Origin: Eledone cirrhosa | Lineage: Eukaryota | Length of the DNA stretch: 64,000 nt | NCBI GenBank assembly: GCA_964016885.1 | Contig: OZ024745.1 | Location: 120,280,001-120,344,000, forward strand | Direction of reading: 5' to 3' | Shown here: positions 13,455-28,192 of the stretch, one piece after another | Position numbering within the stretch: the stretch's first letter is position 1 | Layout of the letters: each line of letters opens with the position of its first letter | Notes under the pieces: model-generated | Seen by the model: the letters and a program-made list of their open reading frames with translations, nothing else | Databases searched by the model: none | What the model was told of the DNA's origin: nothing | Position numbers and translations under genes: made by a program

Positions 13455-13779
13455 CAAACGTTATATTCTATTGATATCTATGATGATTGCTTTCACCTGC
13501 TTCCACTACACTTTGCTTTAGCGACCTCTATGTTCTGTGAACCACACAGATAAATTGCATTTGAACGCCACCTATAAAACTTGTTGCCATACTGTGATGG
13601 ATACATGGAGTTCCACGATATGATCGCTTTATCTGGCTCCCGCTATATCTGACTCTGCTTACATTCACGTTGGTTGATACTATTCTTAAACTGTCACCTC
13701 TGAAATCCTTTACTGTCCACAACCATATTTACTTGCATTTATTTGCATTGCTTATATAATGTGTTATCTTTTATGTTTC

Positions 13780-13920
13780 ATTTTTATTTTTATTTTTATT
13801 TTTATTTTTATTTTTATTTTTATTTTTATTTTTATTTTTATTTTTATTTTTATTTTTATTTTTATTTTTATTTTTATTTTTATTTTTATTTTTATTTTTA
13901 TTTTTATTTTTATTTTTATC
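13780..13920. repeat. (TTTTTA)n hexanucleotide microsatellite
   Basis: Direct observation. Confidence 0.95.
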
Positions 13921-14277
13921 ACTCCTATTTTTTATTCTCATGTTTATTTTTATTTTTATTATTTGTTATTATTTTTTTATATTTCCTTATATTATCATCA
14001 TTTTATTGTTATCTTTATTTTATCCTTACTCTAGACTCTACCCTTTACGTTTTATCTCTTATCCTTAATTTCCTTATCTTTTATTTTTCCTTATTTTTCC
14101 TTATTTTTCCTTATATTTAATTATTGTAACTGATTTTGGTCTTAATATGTATCGGCTTCTAGCGGTGACGCGTCGTCCAAGCACCCCACTCTTCTTAATC
14201 CTCTGTGCTACATATGGATCGTTCTTGTGATATAGGTCGGTAGAGTTTAAACTATTGATCTCATTCCTCTTTATAAC

Positions 14278-14322
14278 GCTCTGATGAGTCCTGCAATTAT
14301 GCAAGGACGAAACAATATCAGT
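14278..14322 (+). ncRNA. Minimal hammerhead ribozyme
   Basis: gct-CTGATGA-gtcctgca attatgca aggac-GAAA-caata-TC-agt, about 45 bp upstream of a (TA)n tract; stems I and III are weak. Confidence 0.6.
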
Positions 14323-14367
14323 ACATAAAGATTAATTGATGATGTAAGCGCTCTTTGTTTTTGTTCC

Positions 14368-14401
<34 letters not shown>

Positions 14402-14517
14402 ATGTGTATGTGTGTGTGTGTGTATGTATGTATGTATTAATGGAAATTATTTTAAAGATATATCAGACAAATAACTCGAGTGGAGGCACACAACTGCTCT
14501 TGAATTTACAGACTAGA

Positions 14518-14560
<43 letters not shown>

Positions 14561-14719
14561 GATAATCAAACCCACTAAGATATTAAACGTCCATGTCAAT
14601 CTTGTTCAGCAGGCTCCAACTTTTTTTATACCACAGACCGGCTTCATGCCGGACAGTCTTTCCGCTGACCGGTAGTTGTACATATGTGTTATTTATGTGT
14701 ATTTCGATAAAGAGAACAA

Positions 14720-14941
14720 TAATGGTTTCTTATACAGGTACAAGGCCAGCAATTTTGGTGGGAAGGGAAAGTCGATTAAATCGACTCTAGTGCGTGACTG
14801 GTACTTTATTTTATCGACCCCGTATGGGTGAAAGGCAAAGTTAACCTAGGTGGGATTTGAACTCAGGCCTTAAATAGGCGTAACTCTATGCTGTAAAGCA
14901 TAGCGTCCGACCCTCTACCGATACTGCCAATCCACCGCCCT
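14720..14941 (-). mobile_element. tRNA-derived SINE, long subfamily
   Basis: Consensus match. Confidence 0.9.
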
Positions 14942-15048
14942 CAAAGATAGCAATAATAAAAAGAGCAATTTATTAAAAGTAAGAAAAAGTGTATAATCTT
15001 TTGACTCTCATGTAAATATGTTTAAATTAAAGTCCAATATTCAATTTA

Positions 15049-15698
15049 TCTATATATATAAAACTGAGGATGTCTGTGTGTGTGGGGGGGGGGGGAGTTT
15101 GAATCACTAAAACTCGAGAAGTACCCAACCGATTTTTTTCAAACTTTATATGTGTATTACTTATGTGTCAGGGAGTGTTATGCACATAAAAAATTCAACT
15201 CTTTGATCCCCTAGGGGAAATATGCATTAGGGGAAAACTGCGTTTTTCAGGGGTTTTTTGAGGCGTTACGTCAGACCGATTTCCTTGAAATTGTAACTAT
15301 GTATTAGTCAGTCTCTTCTTCATACCGTGAGCAAAGAAAATTCAACTTTTTTATGGCCTAGGTGAAAAACTTTTTTATGGCATTAGGTGAAAAACTTCAT
15401 TTTTTCAGCTTTTTATGGCTTTTTGGAGGCGTTACGTCTAGCCAATTTTCCCGAAATTTCAAGGCATATTATGCACATAAAAAAATTCATTTTCTTGATC
15501 CCCTAGGGCCCGCATTAGGTGAACACCTGCCTTTTTACTGCTTTATCGAGGAAAATCTTAAAGATTATCCAGCCATCAGAGTATTCGGTTTATATACTTT
15601 ACATATTGTCCAGGCATGCAGTTTTTCCACGATTAGGTCTTTTGGCGGCTCACGTTCCAAAATATCTAATCCCGTGCAACGCAGGGTACCACTTCTAG
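15049..15698 (+). mobile_element. Non-autonomous Helitron
   Basis: A|TC tatatatataaaactg 5' end; 3' hairpin cccgtgcaacgcaggg then CTAG|T. A homologous 5' part lies at 41175-41330 (-). Confidence 0.85.
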
Positions 15699-16603
15699 TC
15701 TATTATATAATTTTAACAAGTTAATTATTTCTTTGCGGTCCGGTAGTAAATAATCCACGGACCAGTACCGGTCCACGGCGTAGTGTTTGGGGACATCTGA
15801 TTTAAGTGATTTAACTCGCCATACTAGAAAGGTTTACACCTGGTGTCAGCTACTGAGAGAAGATAAGTTCGTTTCTTGTTGGTTACTTCCTTTATATGGT
15901 CTTCCATATGTCTGTTGTTAAAGCACCTACAATTCTTCTAAGTCAGAAGTTCTGAAAGTAGATGCTACCACCCGCCACCCAGGGGAACGCTGCGACCTAA
16001 AGGGACGGTGGGGGCAGTAGAGATGATATAATAGTATATTAAATATCAAATAATACATATTATATATAAATATAGTAAAATAAAAAATATATATATTTAT
16101 TTATACATAGTATATATTATATTATTTCTTAGGGAGATGGATTGGTCGGACGCCCTGCTTGTGCCTTAAGTAGAAACAATTATATATTATTTACAATTTC
16201 CGTGTAGGCAGGTCTGTCTGGAAATAGGGTTGGAGGGCGCTGAGGGTATTACATGGCCTTGCGGGGGAGATCGGTGGTCCAAAGATTTTTGAGAACATTT
16301 GATCTAAAATTTAGATTCGAAATAAACGAACGTATCCGTCTAAAACATTTGACGAAAATCTTCGTTATTCTTGATAGCGTAAACAGTCTGAAGTTTTCGC
16401 CATATATTTATATACTAAGAATAATTATCTGTTCTCAAGAAACCAAGACATCATTCAATATTTAATATTTGTAATTTCATCTGGAACTGACATGTTATAT
16501 ATATTCTTTTAATTATTTACTTATCATTCGCCTATTTCTTCTTGTTTCATAACGGCCTCGAACTACACACACACATACACTATATATAAGGAGAGAGAGG
16601 GTG

Positions 16604-16606
<3 letters not shown>

Positions 16607-16663
<57 letters not shown>

Positions 16664-16836
16664 TGTATATATATGTGTATATATATATATGTATATATGT
16701 GTATATACACATATATACATATATATATGCACTTACATATTCATACACACATACATATATAAATACACACATACTTATATACATTACATACATGCACACA
16801 TATATACATACATACATTCATTCAAACATACATACG

Positions 16837-16868
<32 letters not shown>

Positions 16869-17073
16869 TTCACATACATTCATACATACATACACACATA
16901 CATGCATGCATGCATACATACATACATACATACATACATACATACATACATACATACATACATACATACATACATACATACATACATACATACATACATA
17001 CATACATACATACATTCATACATACATACATACATACATACATACATACATACATACATACATACATACATAC
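16607..17073. repeat. (TA)n then (CATA)n microsatellite
   Basis: Direct observation. Confidence 0.95.
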
Positions 17074-17559
17074 TTACTTACAGCTTGTAAATTTTTCTAA
17101 ACAAAGTCAAAAATTGTAAATTTGTATGTTCAAGCTTTTAGACGTCTCACAGACAGACAAGCTGTTTGTGCTATGTAAGAGGGGGCAACTTGTTGATTAT
17201 TAACTTAATAAAAACACCTAGATGTCAACAATATGAATTCACACAAGCTGTAGACAGCTAATGTGATAGCTGCAGTCATTAGATTGTATGGTAAATTGTT
17301 ACAGTCAGAATCACACGTGTTCGGATCGATTAAACGATGAACTACCACCTGAGGGTTTCAGGTTTCGTAAACTCTCATTGGTCCTCATTATCATCATCAT
17401 CATCATCATCCGACGGCCTCAGCTGAAATGAACTCAACAATTGATCTCCACGTAGGTCTGTCGTTCATTGCCGTTGCCAAGTCCTAGATTTCAATAACAG
17501 AATCTCTGGAGATGACATCGGAGTAGGATAGCTTGCGCCTCCTGTTATTAGTGACTGCT

Positions 17560-17790
17560 TGCGGTTTCCAAAGCACTAATGGGGACACAGCCTCGTACGT
17601 GGCGTTTCCCCGGAGGATGGTAACGGAGATGCGCTGAAAGAGCCATTCCATCTCGCGAGGCTCACACTTGCGGCTGGCCAGCTCAGCATCTATGGTGGTG
17701 AGTAGGGAGCCAAGTACACCAGAAGTCTCCACTGCCAAGGGCACGACCGCAAACCTATCGGAGAACGACCAGTATTTGTAGAACACTCTT
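17560..17790 (-). pseudogene. C-terminal restriction-like endonuclease fragment of a CRE-like non-LTR retrotransposon
   Basis: KY...FAVVPLAVETSGVLG...EPREMEWLFQRISVTILRGNA resembles the typical CRE-clade C-terminus. Confidence 0.7.
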
Positions 17791-17947
17791 AACCTTTCAT
17801 CATTCAGAGATAGTTGAAATATACGTGAGAATCTAAGTGTATGTTGTAACTAAGATATCTGATGATCAAATGATTGAAGTACCTGCTGGACCATTTCATG
17901 AACTTGATTTGGAACAAGGCCAGCGATTACCTTGAACTGTTTCTGGC

Positions 17948-18337
17948 TTAACCCTTTAGTATTTACATTACTCTATATTTACTATTCTATTTTCACAGTA
18001 AAGGCTTTACCTCACATAGGTGTGTAAAACAAACAACTAAACAGTCGATTGATGGCTGCGCTACCGGGAGTTTAAGAGCTGCCTGGGTGGGATAAACCCC
18101 GAAAACAAGGAAGTACCATCAGCCAGGCGTTTTCGAGATCGCCACACTGCAATGAAACCTTCTTTTACGCAATTATCTCACATAATATCGAATCTACGAG
18201 ATTTTTATATTATTTATTTTGAGAACAATAGAACAATACCTTAACATCAGTATAAGCAGTCGGTTACAGCCAGTTTGAACAGAAAAAGGTGAGAACATTC
18301 TGGCCGGATACAGCTGGTTTAAATGCTAAAGTGTTAC
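17948..18337. mobile_element. piggyBac-like MITE
   Basis: ttaaccctttagtattta at the left end, imperfect inverse taaatgctaaagtgtta at the right end; TTAA-CCC start. Confidence 0.55.
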
Positions 18338-18697
18338 GTAATACATTTATATACTACCGACTAGTGACATGTGCTAGAAAATTGTGTGTAATTCATTCGC
18401 TTATTTCTATAGAATCACTTATAAACATTAGTTTCATTATCTGCCTGGCTAAAATAGTGAATACAAGAAATTGATAGTTGTGATAAATCCCGCAGATATT
18501 CTAATAAACATTAATTTCATTAATTTTCTGAACGAAATACTAAAACAGAAATTGATTTCTTGTACAGATAAAATAACACATATGTATACGGCAAGGCTAC
18601 TTAGGCAGTGTGATATTCATGGTAGTATTATGTGATATACGCATGTTTCAGTCAAAAATTGAATTCAAATATCGGAACTCATTCCGCGGAGAGTTAT

Positions 18698-19153
18698 GTA
18701 ACTGAATTCTTCTATGTTTTGCCTGGCGGAGGTGGTTTCTGTAGCAGCGATAGTTCAACTCTCTAATTCACTGTCTGTCTGTCGAGCGAGTAAGAAATGT
18801 GAGAGAATAGTAGATAGAAGACTGTATTCGTGAAGAGAATCCATAGTGTTAGTAGAACGGTTCTTCTTTCGTCTGTGTTAGCCACTATCTCTGATTCGGT
18901 TCTCGAAGCGCTTGTATTTATAAGAATACATTAGCTAAAAGGATGTGTATATGGTTTTTGAGGCAGTAGCGGCCATCTGCCTATCGTCTGTCAAGTGTCT
19001 GGGGTCACAGATCAAGTGGTATATAACATTTATCATAGTTGTCTTTTGATAGGACAATGGTAAGAACACCTAACAATAGGTGGTTTTAGAGGCGAGAATT
19101 CTTAGATTCAATTTCGAATCTCCGCTAGGCAAAACATAGAAGAATTCAGTTAC
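18698..19153. mobile_element. MITE-like element with 34-bp terminal inverted repeats
   Basis: gtaactgaattcttctatgttttgcctggcggag / ctccgctaggcaaaacatagaagaattcagttac (1 mismatch). Confidence 0.7.
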
Positions 19154-19339
19154 AGTTACTTGTCCCCTTTCTTTTGTTTGAGTCGATAAAACGTGAATAT
19201 ACGAATTTCAGCTACAATAAATGACATTACATTACTCTACTTCATTGTATTGAGTACTTTCTCGGTATATTCTTTCTACTGTTGTGTATTTCCTTCCTCT
19301 CTCTCTCTTTATATACTCATATATCTACATTCTAGAACT

Positions 19340-19660
19340 ACATGAGACTGGCAAGCAGCTCAGTGACCGTATCTGTATCAGATACCAGACTTACACCAAT
19401 TACATCAATTGTCAAGTCAAGAGTACTCAAACTAGACGGTCATATGAAAAGATCAACTCGTGGTGGGGGTAGGTTATGCCTGGAAGGAAGGTTGGCTGTT
19501 AAGAGAAGCAGAGGCCGGCAACCAAAACAATGGCTTGATAATGTCAACCTTTGGACAGGACTTGACCTTTGCTCTTTGAACTCTGCTGCTGGTGATCGAA
19601 CTTTGTGGAGAGAGATATCACATGTTAATGTGCAGTCTGCAACTGGCGGAGTTTAGCGTC
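19340..19660 (+). pseudogene. RTE-clade LINE C-terminal fragment
   Basis: LKLDGHMKR...LEGRLAVKRSRGRQPKQWLDNV...AAGDRTLWR, a typical RTE ORF end. Confidence 0.75.
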
Positions 19661-19784
19661 ACAAGAGATATATATTTATGTATGTGTATGTGCGTGTGTG
19701 CGTGTATGCATATATTTGTATCCATGTCTATATGCATATATATATATGTATGCGTGTGTATGTGTGAGTATGTGTGCGTGTTTT

Positions 19785-20130
19785 GGTAGTATCAGTAGAG
19801 CGTCGAACACCATGCTTAGAAGCATAGAATTATGGCCCTTTAAGTCCTGAGTTCAAATCCCGCCGAGGTTAACTTTGCCTTTCATCCCTACGGGATCGAT
19901 AAAATAAAGTACCATCACGCACTGGGGTCGATTTAATCGACTTTCCCCTCCCCAAAAATTGCTGGCCTTGTGCCTATATAAGAAACAATTATTATTATCG
20001 ACCCTTTACGATCTGAGTTCAAATCCCGCCGAGGTTGACTTTGCCTTTCGTGCTTGCGGGGTCGATAAAATAAAGTACCAGTAATGCACTGGGTAATTAC
20101 TGGCCTTGTGCCTGAAGTAGAAACAATTAT
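19785..20130 (+). mobile_element. Two tandem tRNA-SINE copies
   Basis: Consensus matches at about 19785-19995 and 20000-20130. Confidence 0.85.
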
Positions 20131-20149
20131 TATATTAAAAAAAAACTAC

Positions 20150-20570
20150 ATTTCTACAGTCGGGTCTCACCAAGGCTCTGAGATTGGCAGTAGTTTCCTA
20201 GATATATGTGCAGTGCCCAACGAGGCAGTCTTTTGTAGGATTACAGCTTGTGATTTGAGGTCTAGTTAAGACACTACCAATTTTAGTAGTATCGAGGCAA
20301 ATCTTCTGGTGATAACCGAAATTATTATGTTGGTATTAACCACATTCGTGCAATTTCCATCTTCAATTTATTTCTGTGATATCTTTCAACTTCTTTCAAG
20401 ACTATGATATGGTTTTCTGGGATGGTAACATCAATAATCTCGTATTTGCGTCTGGGCATAACTAGATCAAGTTTATTGTGTTCAAGTCTGCGGTCCGTTC
20501 GAATAGTGAAGATCCAGAATATCTTGGGTTTGTCTATCTTGGGACATTCTGGTACCACTTATCGAACACC
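20150..20570 (-). pseudogene. R4/Dong-like non-LTR retrotransposon 3' fragment (restriction-like endonuclease)
   Basis: KIFWIFTIRTDRRLEHNKLDLV...IIDVTIP...KEVERY...LKMEIARMW resembles the R4 pattern W-D..TD..HNRPD..IIDV..P..KE.EK..L..EI.R.W. Confidence 0.7.
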
Positions 20571-20585
20571 TTATAGTCATATGAA

Positions 20586-20800
20586 GGTGCGTGGCTGATT
20601 GGTTAGGGAACTGGCTTCGCAATCATGAGGTTATCAGTTCGGTTCCTGGACCAGACGATGCGTTATGTCCTTGAGAAAGACACTTTATTTCACGTTGTTC
20701 CTTCTACCTGGAGTTGGAACGATAGATAGTATTAACAATTGGAATGACCAATGGGAACATTGTTTCCTCGGTCCGATTTGACGAAAGTAGATCGAATCCC
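20586..20800 (+). mobile_element. Second tRNA-derived SINE head joined to a module also found next to the 5S copy
   Basis: A/B-box-like tggctgattggtt and agttcggttcct, then tgtccttgagaaagacacttta; 20700-20800 is homologous to 31875-31980 (-). Confidence 0.55.
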
Positions 20801-20899
20801 TTATGGCACATTGATCAGCGAAGCTACATACAGACATTATCGTCACTTCTATATTCTTTTCGAGCCAGCATTTTGCACTCACTCACTATGTTGGTGACA

Positions 20900-21770
20900 C
20901 TTTCTTTATTAATTCTAAACGGATGGCATTTCACTCTTCCACCAAAATGATACTTCACTTTAGTTACCAACTTCGTCTTCGGTTGATATCAGCAGTACAT
21001 GCGTTGTGTTTCGCTTTTTAGATCACTGCGGAAGAGTCAATCCTAAGAACTTTCATTCTAATTCACAGATTTGTCGTTCAAATCAGCCATGTAATGTATT
21101 TCCAAAGACTATTTCTTTGTCAGCATATCCGGATGCTGTCACCGTAGTAATGTCAAACACCAAACTCATCGAGGTGATGGACATCACTCTAAAAGGAAGT
21201 GAGGTAGCGATAAGAACAATTAATCAGGAAAAGTCGTTGAGCTTGCCGCTCGGTACCTAGAAAGCCAAGTCCATGCCACCCCACAGTGCCATAGGGCGAT
21301 AGACGAACAGAATGATTAGACTGTTCGGTGTCTGGTTTTGTCCAGCTCTTCAGGTGAACAAGAACAAGGATGAGGTAACGAGCATGGTTGCATGTATCCC
21401 TTAGAGATGGGCCAAGATGAAGCTATCCCCCAAAGTACGGACTGGGGTGGCGAATGTAAACATCGCTTTCGTCATCAATTAACCTTTGACCAATTTGCCT
21501 TGACCCAGTTCACGTCTGATTGAACAGAAGCGTCTTATTTTTTTGTTTTATTTTTTTGTGGAAAGAATGCGTTCTACTGATCAGCTGATCAGGTGAAGCA
21601 TTTGCTGTCAACACCTGCTACATAGAGCACTAAGCCTGTCCTGGCTGATATTCTGGGGCTGCGACATCTTTCACGTTTTCTTGGCGGTGAACCGATGTAG
21701 TCGACGTCTGTCAGAAACGTCCTCCCCCAGTTCGTCTCTTTAACAGGGCTGTAATCCTATCATTTGCTTC
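20900..21770 (-). pseudogene. Highly degenerate Gypsy-like integrase fragment
   Basis: Broken minus-strand peptides (DITTVTA..., FERQICE..KFLG) resemble the DITAETVA...GRQFES..LG region of LTR integrases; weak. Confidence 0.35.
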
Positions 21771-21819
21771 TCAACTATGATATGCGAAAGTTCTAAAGCT
21801 AGGAAGTTGAATGTTTTTG

Positions 21820-21864
<45 letters not shown>

Positions 21865-22824
21865 AACATGTATATATATAATATATATACATACACACAA
21901 ACATGTGTGTGTATATATATATATATATATATACACAAACATGTGTGTATATATATATATATATTACCCTTTCTAAGCCCCAGTGTCCTTCTCTGTCTAC
22001 ATGTTGGACTATAGTCCTTATTCCCTTCTGTTTTACTATTTCTCTCCTTTCTATATTTTTCTCCTTTGGCTAACCCCTTGCACACTCTACATTTGTGTAA
22101 TTTGCCCAAAGGCATAACTTGTCTCTACCTGTTTTGTTATATCCCAGTGTTCACTAGAATGAATGGTATCGACCAAAATAAACCGAAATCGTAGTGATTT
22201 CCCGAGGTTGACTGAGGAGATGGGACTGTCCATCATTCCGTTGTTTTTCCATTGTCTTTCTCCTGTGCGCTCCCTATTTTCGATATCTAGATATATATAC
22301 AAGAGAGAGTCAGTTTGTAACATATACTGCCGACGTCTACATTCTCTGTCTTCTTCTCACCCTAACCCTTATCTCTTTCTGTATTTTAATTCTTTTAATT
22401 TTCGATTAATTATATTTAGTATATCTCTGTTTATACAAGGTGGCCCAAAAGTCACACAGGGGTCGCAACTGTTTATATTTTTTTTTCCATAAGTAATGTA
22501 GAGGTGTGACAAGGATTGATGAGTGCAAAATAATTTCCATTATGTCCTTTAAGTTATATCAAACGTCCTTCCAAAATAACTACCGACTGACTGAAAATAT
22601 CCAAAGGAGACGTCTTCGCAAACCTGCACTCTGATTGGGGGAGTTAGACCGATGAATATAAACGAAGAGACAAAAAAACAGAGACACATGGAAAGGTAAA
22701 TCATAAGGTTTCCTAGACCCATATGTCGATAGAAATTTTTCAATACTCCATAACATGAGAGTGAGAAAAGTATAAGGAAATAATGTCGTGGCATTTATTA
22801 CTAATTTATTGCCGCTACAAACTG

Positions 22825-22878
<54 letters not shown>

Positions 22879-22885
<7 letters not shown>

Positions 22886-23060
22886 TGTAATAAACAACAT
22901 AAGGCAATTATTCCATTTACCAGTGGTTTCTTAAAAGCAAAAAATTTTGCTTTCAATCCTCAGAATGAAAAAATCCTGAGGATTGAAAGCAACATTTTTT
23001 GCTTTTAAGAAACCACTGGTAAATGGAATAATTGCCTTATGTTGTTTATTACATAACTAT
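22879..23060. repeat. Palindrome (85-bp arms), one HHR per arm
   Basis: Minus-strand HHR 22911-22970: tttcatt-CTGAGGA-ttgaaagcaa..ttgcttttaa-GAAA-ccactgg-TA-aatggaa. The plus copy (22976-23028) lacks the 5' strand of stem I. Confidence 0.85.
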
Positions 23061-23124
23061 TAAACTCTGTTACCTACATAGAGCACTCTTTTTTCCTGGA
23101 CTTTTCCGACGGAATTACTTCATT

Positions 23125-23470
<346 letters not shown>

Positions 23471-23562
23471 TTATATTTGAAGAGCCCAGGATTCTTTTTC
23501 CTCTGAGCTCATGAATTCCAGGGACTAACGCGAGTTTCTGACTCCGTTACTACATTTTGATA

Positions 23563-23893
<331 letters not shown>

Positions 23894-24035
23894 TAATTGT
23901 TTTGTGAATAATGTGCATCAATGTGCTAACTGCATCAGACTGCACGTCAGCCACAGAACATCAGTGATATGTATAGGAACTAATGCAGATGTAGAAATGC
24001 TGCAACAAGCTATATGGTATTAATAATGTTAGGAA

Positions 24036-24168
24036 AATGTTGCATATGGCTGCAAAAGACAACTTAAAGCGTCTAATGTTGTCAATGAGTAAAACAAGAA
24101 AAGAAGAATTCGGCTGAGCTTTCATTAGCTTTCTCTATTTATTTCCTACTCTACCTCTCTCTCTCTAC

Positions 24169-24249
<81 letters not shown>

Positions 24250-24365
24250 GAGTAGGAAATAAATAGAGAAAGCTAATGAAAGCTCAGCCGAATTCTTCTT
24301 TTCTTGTTTTACTCATTGACAACATTAGACGCTTTAAGTTGTCTTTTGCAGCCATATGCAACATT
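24036..24365. repeat. Perfect inverted repeat (about 120-bp unique arms) centred on (TC)n(TA)n(GA)n
   Basis: aatgttgcatatggctgc...cctactctacctc / gaggtagagtagg...gcagccatatgcaacatt. Confidence 0.9.
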
Positions 24366-24411
24366 CACACCCTCTCTTGTTCTATTCTTTCCATTTATAT
24401 ATATATATATA

Positions 24412-24462
<51 letters not shown>

Positions 24463-24539
24463 GTGTGTATATATATATACATATAAATATATAGATATAG
24501 ATATATATATATCTGTGTGTGTATGTGTGTATGTGTATG

Positions 24540-24603
<64 letters not shown>

Positions 24604-24689
24604 GATACACAGAATTATCTGCGGTATGCAATATGAAAGCATATTACCCGTGATTTAAGTCTTTAGATTGCATAAACATTTCCCCAGCA

Positions 24690-25370
<681 letters not shown>

Positions 25371-25904
25371 TGTGTGTAAATATTACCAGAAATACTTTTT
25401 TTTTCGTCTTAATACTTGCTCAGATACGCAGGTATGTACAGTTGACATATATGTGCAAGATATGTATGCAACAATATTATGCAGATGCATAAAAGAGTAT
25501 GCTAGTTCTGAATAGCTGAGTCAAGCTGTTCGTTTTACTGGTGAGGTAGGGGGTCTTTATTTTGATTTTTCTTTGTTGATCATCCAATTTCGCTTTTTTG
25601 TAAATGATCTGGATTTTTGTTTCCGTTTTTTTTTTTTCTTTCTCCATTTTGTTTTAACGTGAATCTTGTTTTTGTAACCAGTCTGAGCCATAAAGTGATC
25701 CAAGAGTGTTTTTTCTTGTTTGTACATCTATATTTTTTCGTCCTTCACTTTCTCTTTAATTTCTCTATATATAAACATATATGTATACGCATATATATAT
25801 GTATATAATACCAATGACCGTTGGCAAATCACTGATGAGGGACTCATTTTATAACATGTTATCCATGTGCAACCATGCAGTATTCTTCTCCCCATATTTT
25901 TCAC

Positions 25905-25939
<35 letters not shown>

Positions 25940-25998
25940 TATTTATATATGTACATATATATATATATATATATATATTATTAATGTATATATATATA

Positions 25999-26070
<72 letters not shown>

Positions 26071-26099
26071 TATATATATATATATATAATATTATATAG

Positions 26100-26371
26100 C
26101 TGAGTGTCGTGTGTATGTATTATGTATGTATCCTACACACCTCCCTATAGTTTTTTAGCTTTACTCTTTCCGTCGCTCTTATCTCTCTCTATAATAGATC
26201 ATTACCCCCTCTCTATAATTTAACTGCTTTACTCTCTCTGTCGCTCTTCACTCCGTCGCTCTTCCCTCTCTCTATAATCACACACACATCTACAGAGAGA
26301 GACAGAAAAACCGAGGGAGGGAGAGAGAGATAGGCTGTTAGACAGAGAGAGATACAATTAAAGTGTTAGTT

Positions 26372-26411
<40 letters not shown>

Positions 26412-26492
26412 AAGGACAATGTGACACGGGAGGGTCTGTGGAATGGTGGGGGCAGGTATACCTAGCCGGGTGCAAGCCGGACGGGCCAGCTA

Positions 26493-26493
<1 letters not shown>
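26100..26493 (+). mobile_element. Helitron-like element 3' part
   Basis: Ends with hairpin ccgggtgcaagccgg followed by CTAG|T; 5' boundary uncertain. Confidence 0.5.
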
Positions 26494-26534
<41 letters not shown>

Positions 26535-26561
26535 CCTCAATCTATTTTATTTCTCAATCTT

Positions 26562-26597
26562 TCTTCCGATGAAGGACTGGCGTCCGAAACGTTAAGA
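26562..26597 (+). ncRNA. Ultra-minimal hammerhead-like motif (CCGAUGA core)
   Basis: tctt-CCGATGA-a ggac tggc gtcc-GAAA-cg-TT-aaga, inside a 150-bp insert between (TA)n tracts; U4 is replaced by C. Confidence 0.55.
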
Positions 26598-26681
26598 CCC
26601 TCTTCCTGCTATATCAAGCGTCAACCTAATATATACCTTCCATATACTGTATCGATTGTGTTGTTATTTCTGTTTACCTTT

Positions 26682-26743
<62 letters not shown>

Positions 26744-26984
26744 TACATACATACATATATATATATACATTATAAAGTGAAATGTCAGGAGGCCAAATAT
26801 GTTGAATTTCCTTCATTTTTCATTACTGTAAACATTACATTTACTCCGTTCCCACATCACCAACATGATTCACAACATTGAAGATGGATGAGTTGCAGAA
26901 CGTCGAATGCTTTTCTCATATTGCGTCATGATTAACATTGCACAACAACCAATTCTACTCAGTGGTAAACCACTAAATTTAAAC

Positions 26985-27046
<62 letters not shown>

Positions 27047-27143
27047 GCGTGTGTGTGTGTGTGCGTGTGTGTGTGTGTGTACGTGCGTGTGTGTATGAGT
27101 GCGTGTGTGTGTGCGCGCGTGTGTTTCCATGTGTATGTACGTA

Positions 27144-27620
27144 TGTCAGGTCGCTCGTCATCACTACTGGTAACATGTAGCCCAGTACAACTTGTGTTTG
27201 GTTGGGTCGTCGACAACTAAACCGGCAACCCCCAGCGAGCTACTTGGTGAGGAAGGTGATTTTGGAGACCTTGCAGCATGAAAAACAAAACCCGCCAAAG
27301 GGTGGAGGAACTCAGGAGAGTAACGGCCATCCAATAAAGTTTTTGTAGAGCAAGAGACTAGTCTTCATTAAGACATCCCTCTAGGAGAAGGTCAGTCTCA
27401 TATAAAACCTGTGACTTCGTTTGCGTCCAGTGATGTAGACCAGTTCTACTTTTTGGGGGTTAATGCACCACAGTGAGTGAGGTTGATCCTGTGCAAACCT
27501 TTTCCTCACTTAAAAAAGCTTGAAACACAGGCATCGCTTGATATGTGATATTTTTGGCGATGTATGGTATTGCTGGCCATAGGCAAGACCCTAGCAGGAC
27601 TATAATGCCACCTCTGTGAT
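27144..27620 (+). mobile_element. Dispersed repeat, probably a LINE 5' UTR-derived element
   Basis: Homologous to 44380-44646 (-) and 50545-50735 (+); all three begin at tgtcaggtc. The class is an inference. Confidence 0.55.
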
Positions 27621-28004
27621 GCTCATGCTTAAGTATCAAGCGATGGCATTACTCGAAATTGAGTTGTAGCTATCATCAATGTATGTATAGACATCTCTGT
27701 CGATATAGATTACCGTATTAGATATTCAGAAATCTTGGTTTTTGGCACCCATCACAGATACTAACAGCGAAACAAAATAGCTTGGAATGCTCACCACTCT
27801 TCAACAATTAGCATAATACCCTATATGTATCCCTGACCAGCATATATATCCCACATTCTCTTTATATTTCTCTCACATCTACATCTAGCTCCCACTAAAC
27901 TATCACTGTCTTTACACCGATGAGATGGCCGAACCACTGACTAATCCGGCTACTCACCACACGTCTATATACTACGCAGAACCTCCAATATTCCAGACAT
28001 TATA

Positions 28005-28192
28005 GTGGATTGGCAGTATCGGTAGAGGGTCAGACGCCATGCTTTGCAGCAAAGAGTTACGGCCCTTTATGGTCTGAGTTCAAATCCCGTCGAGGTTAAC
28101 TTTGCCTTTCATCCTTACGGGGTCGAAAATATAAAGTACCAGTAATACACTGGGATAATTGCTGGCCTTGTGCCAAAAGTAGAAACAATTAT
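28005..28192 (+). mobile_element. tRNA-derived SINE, full length
   Basis: Consensus match. Confidence 0.9.

Noticed and set aside
25828-25880. CTGATGA near (TA)n
   Set aside because: No GAAA or closing stems found.
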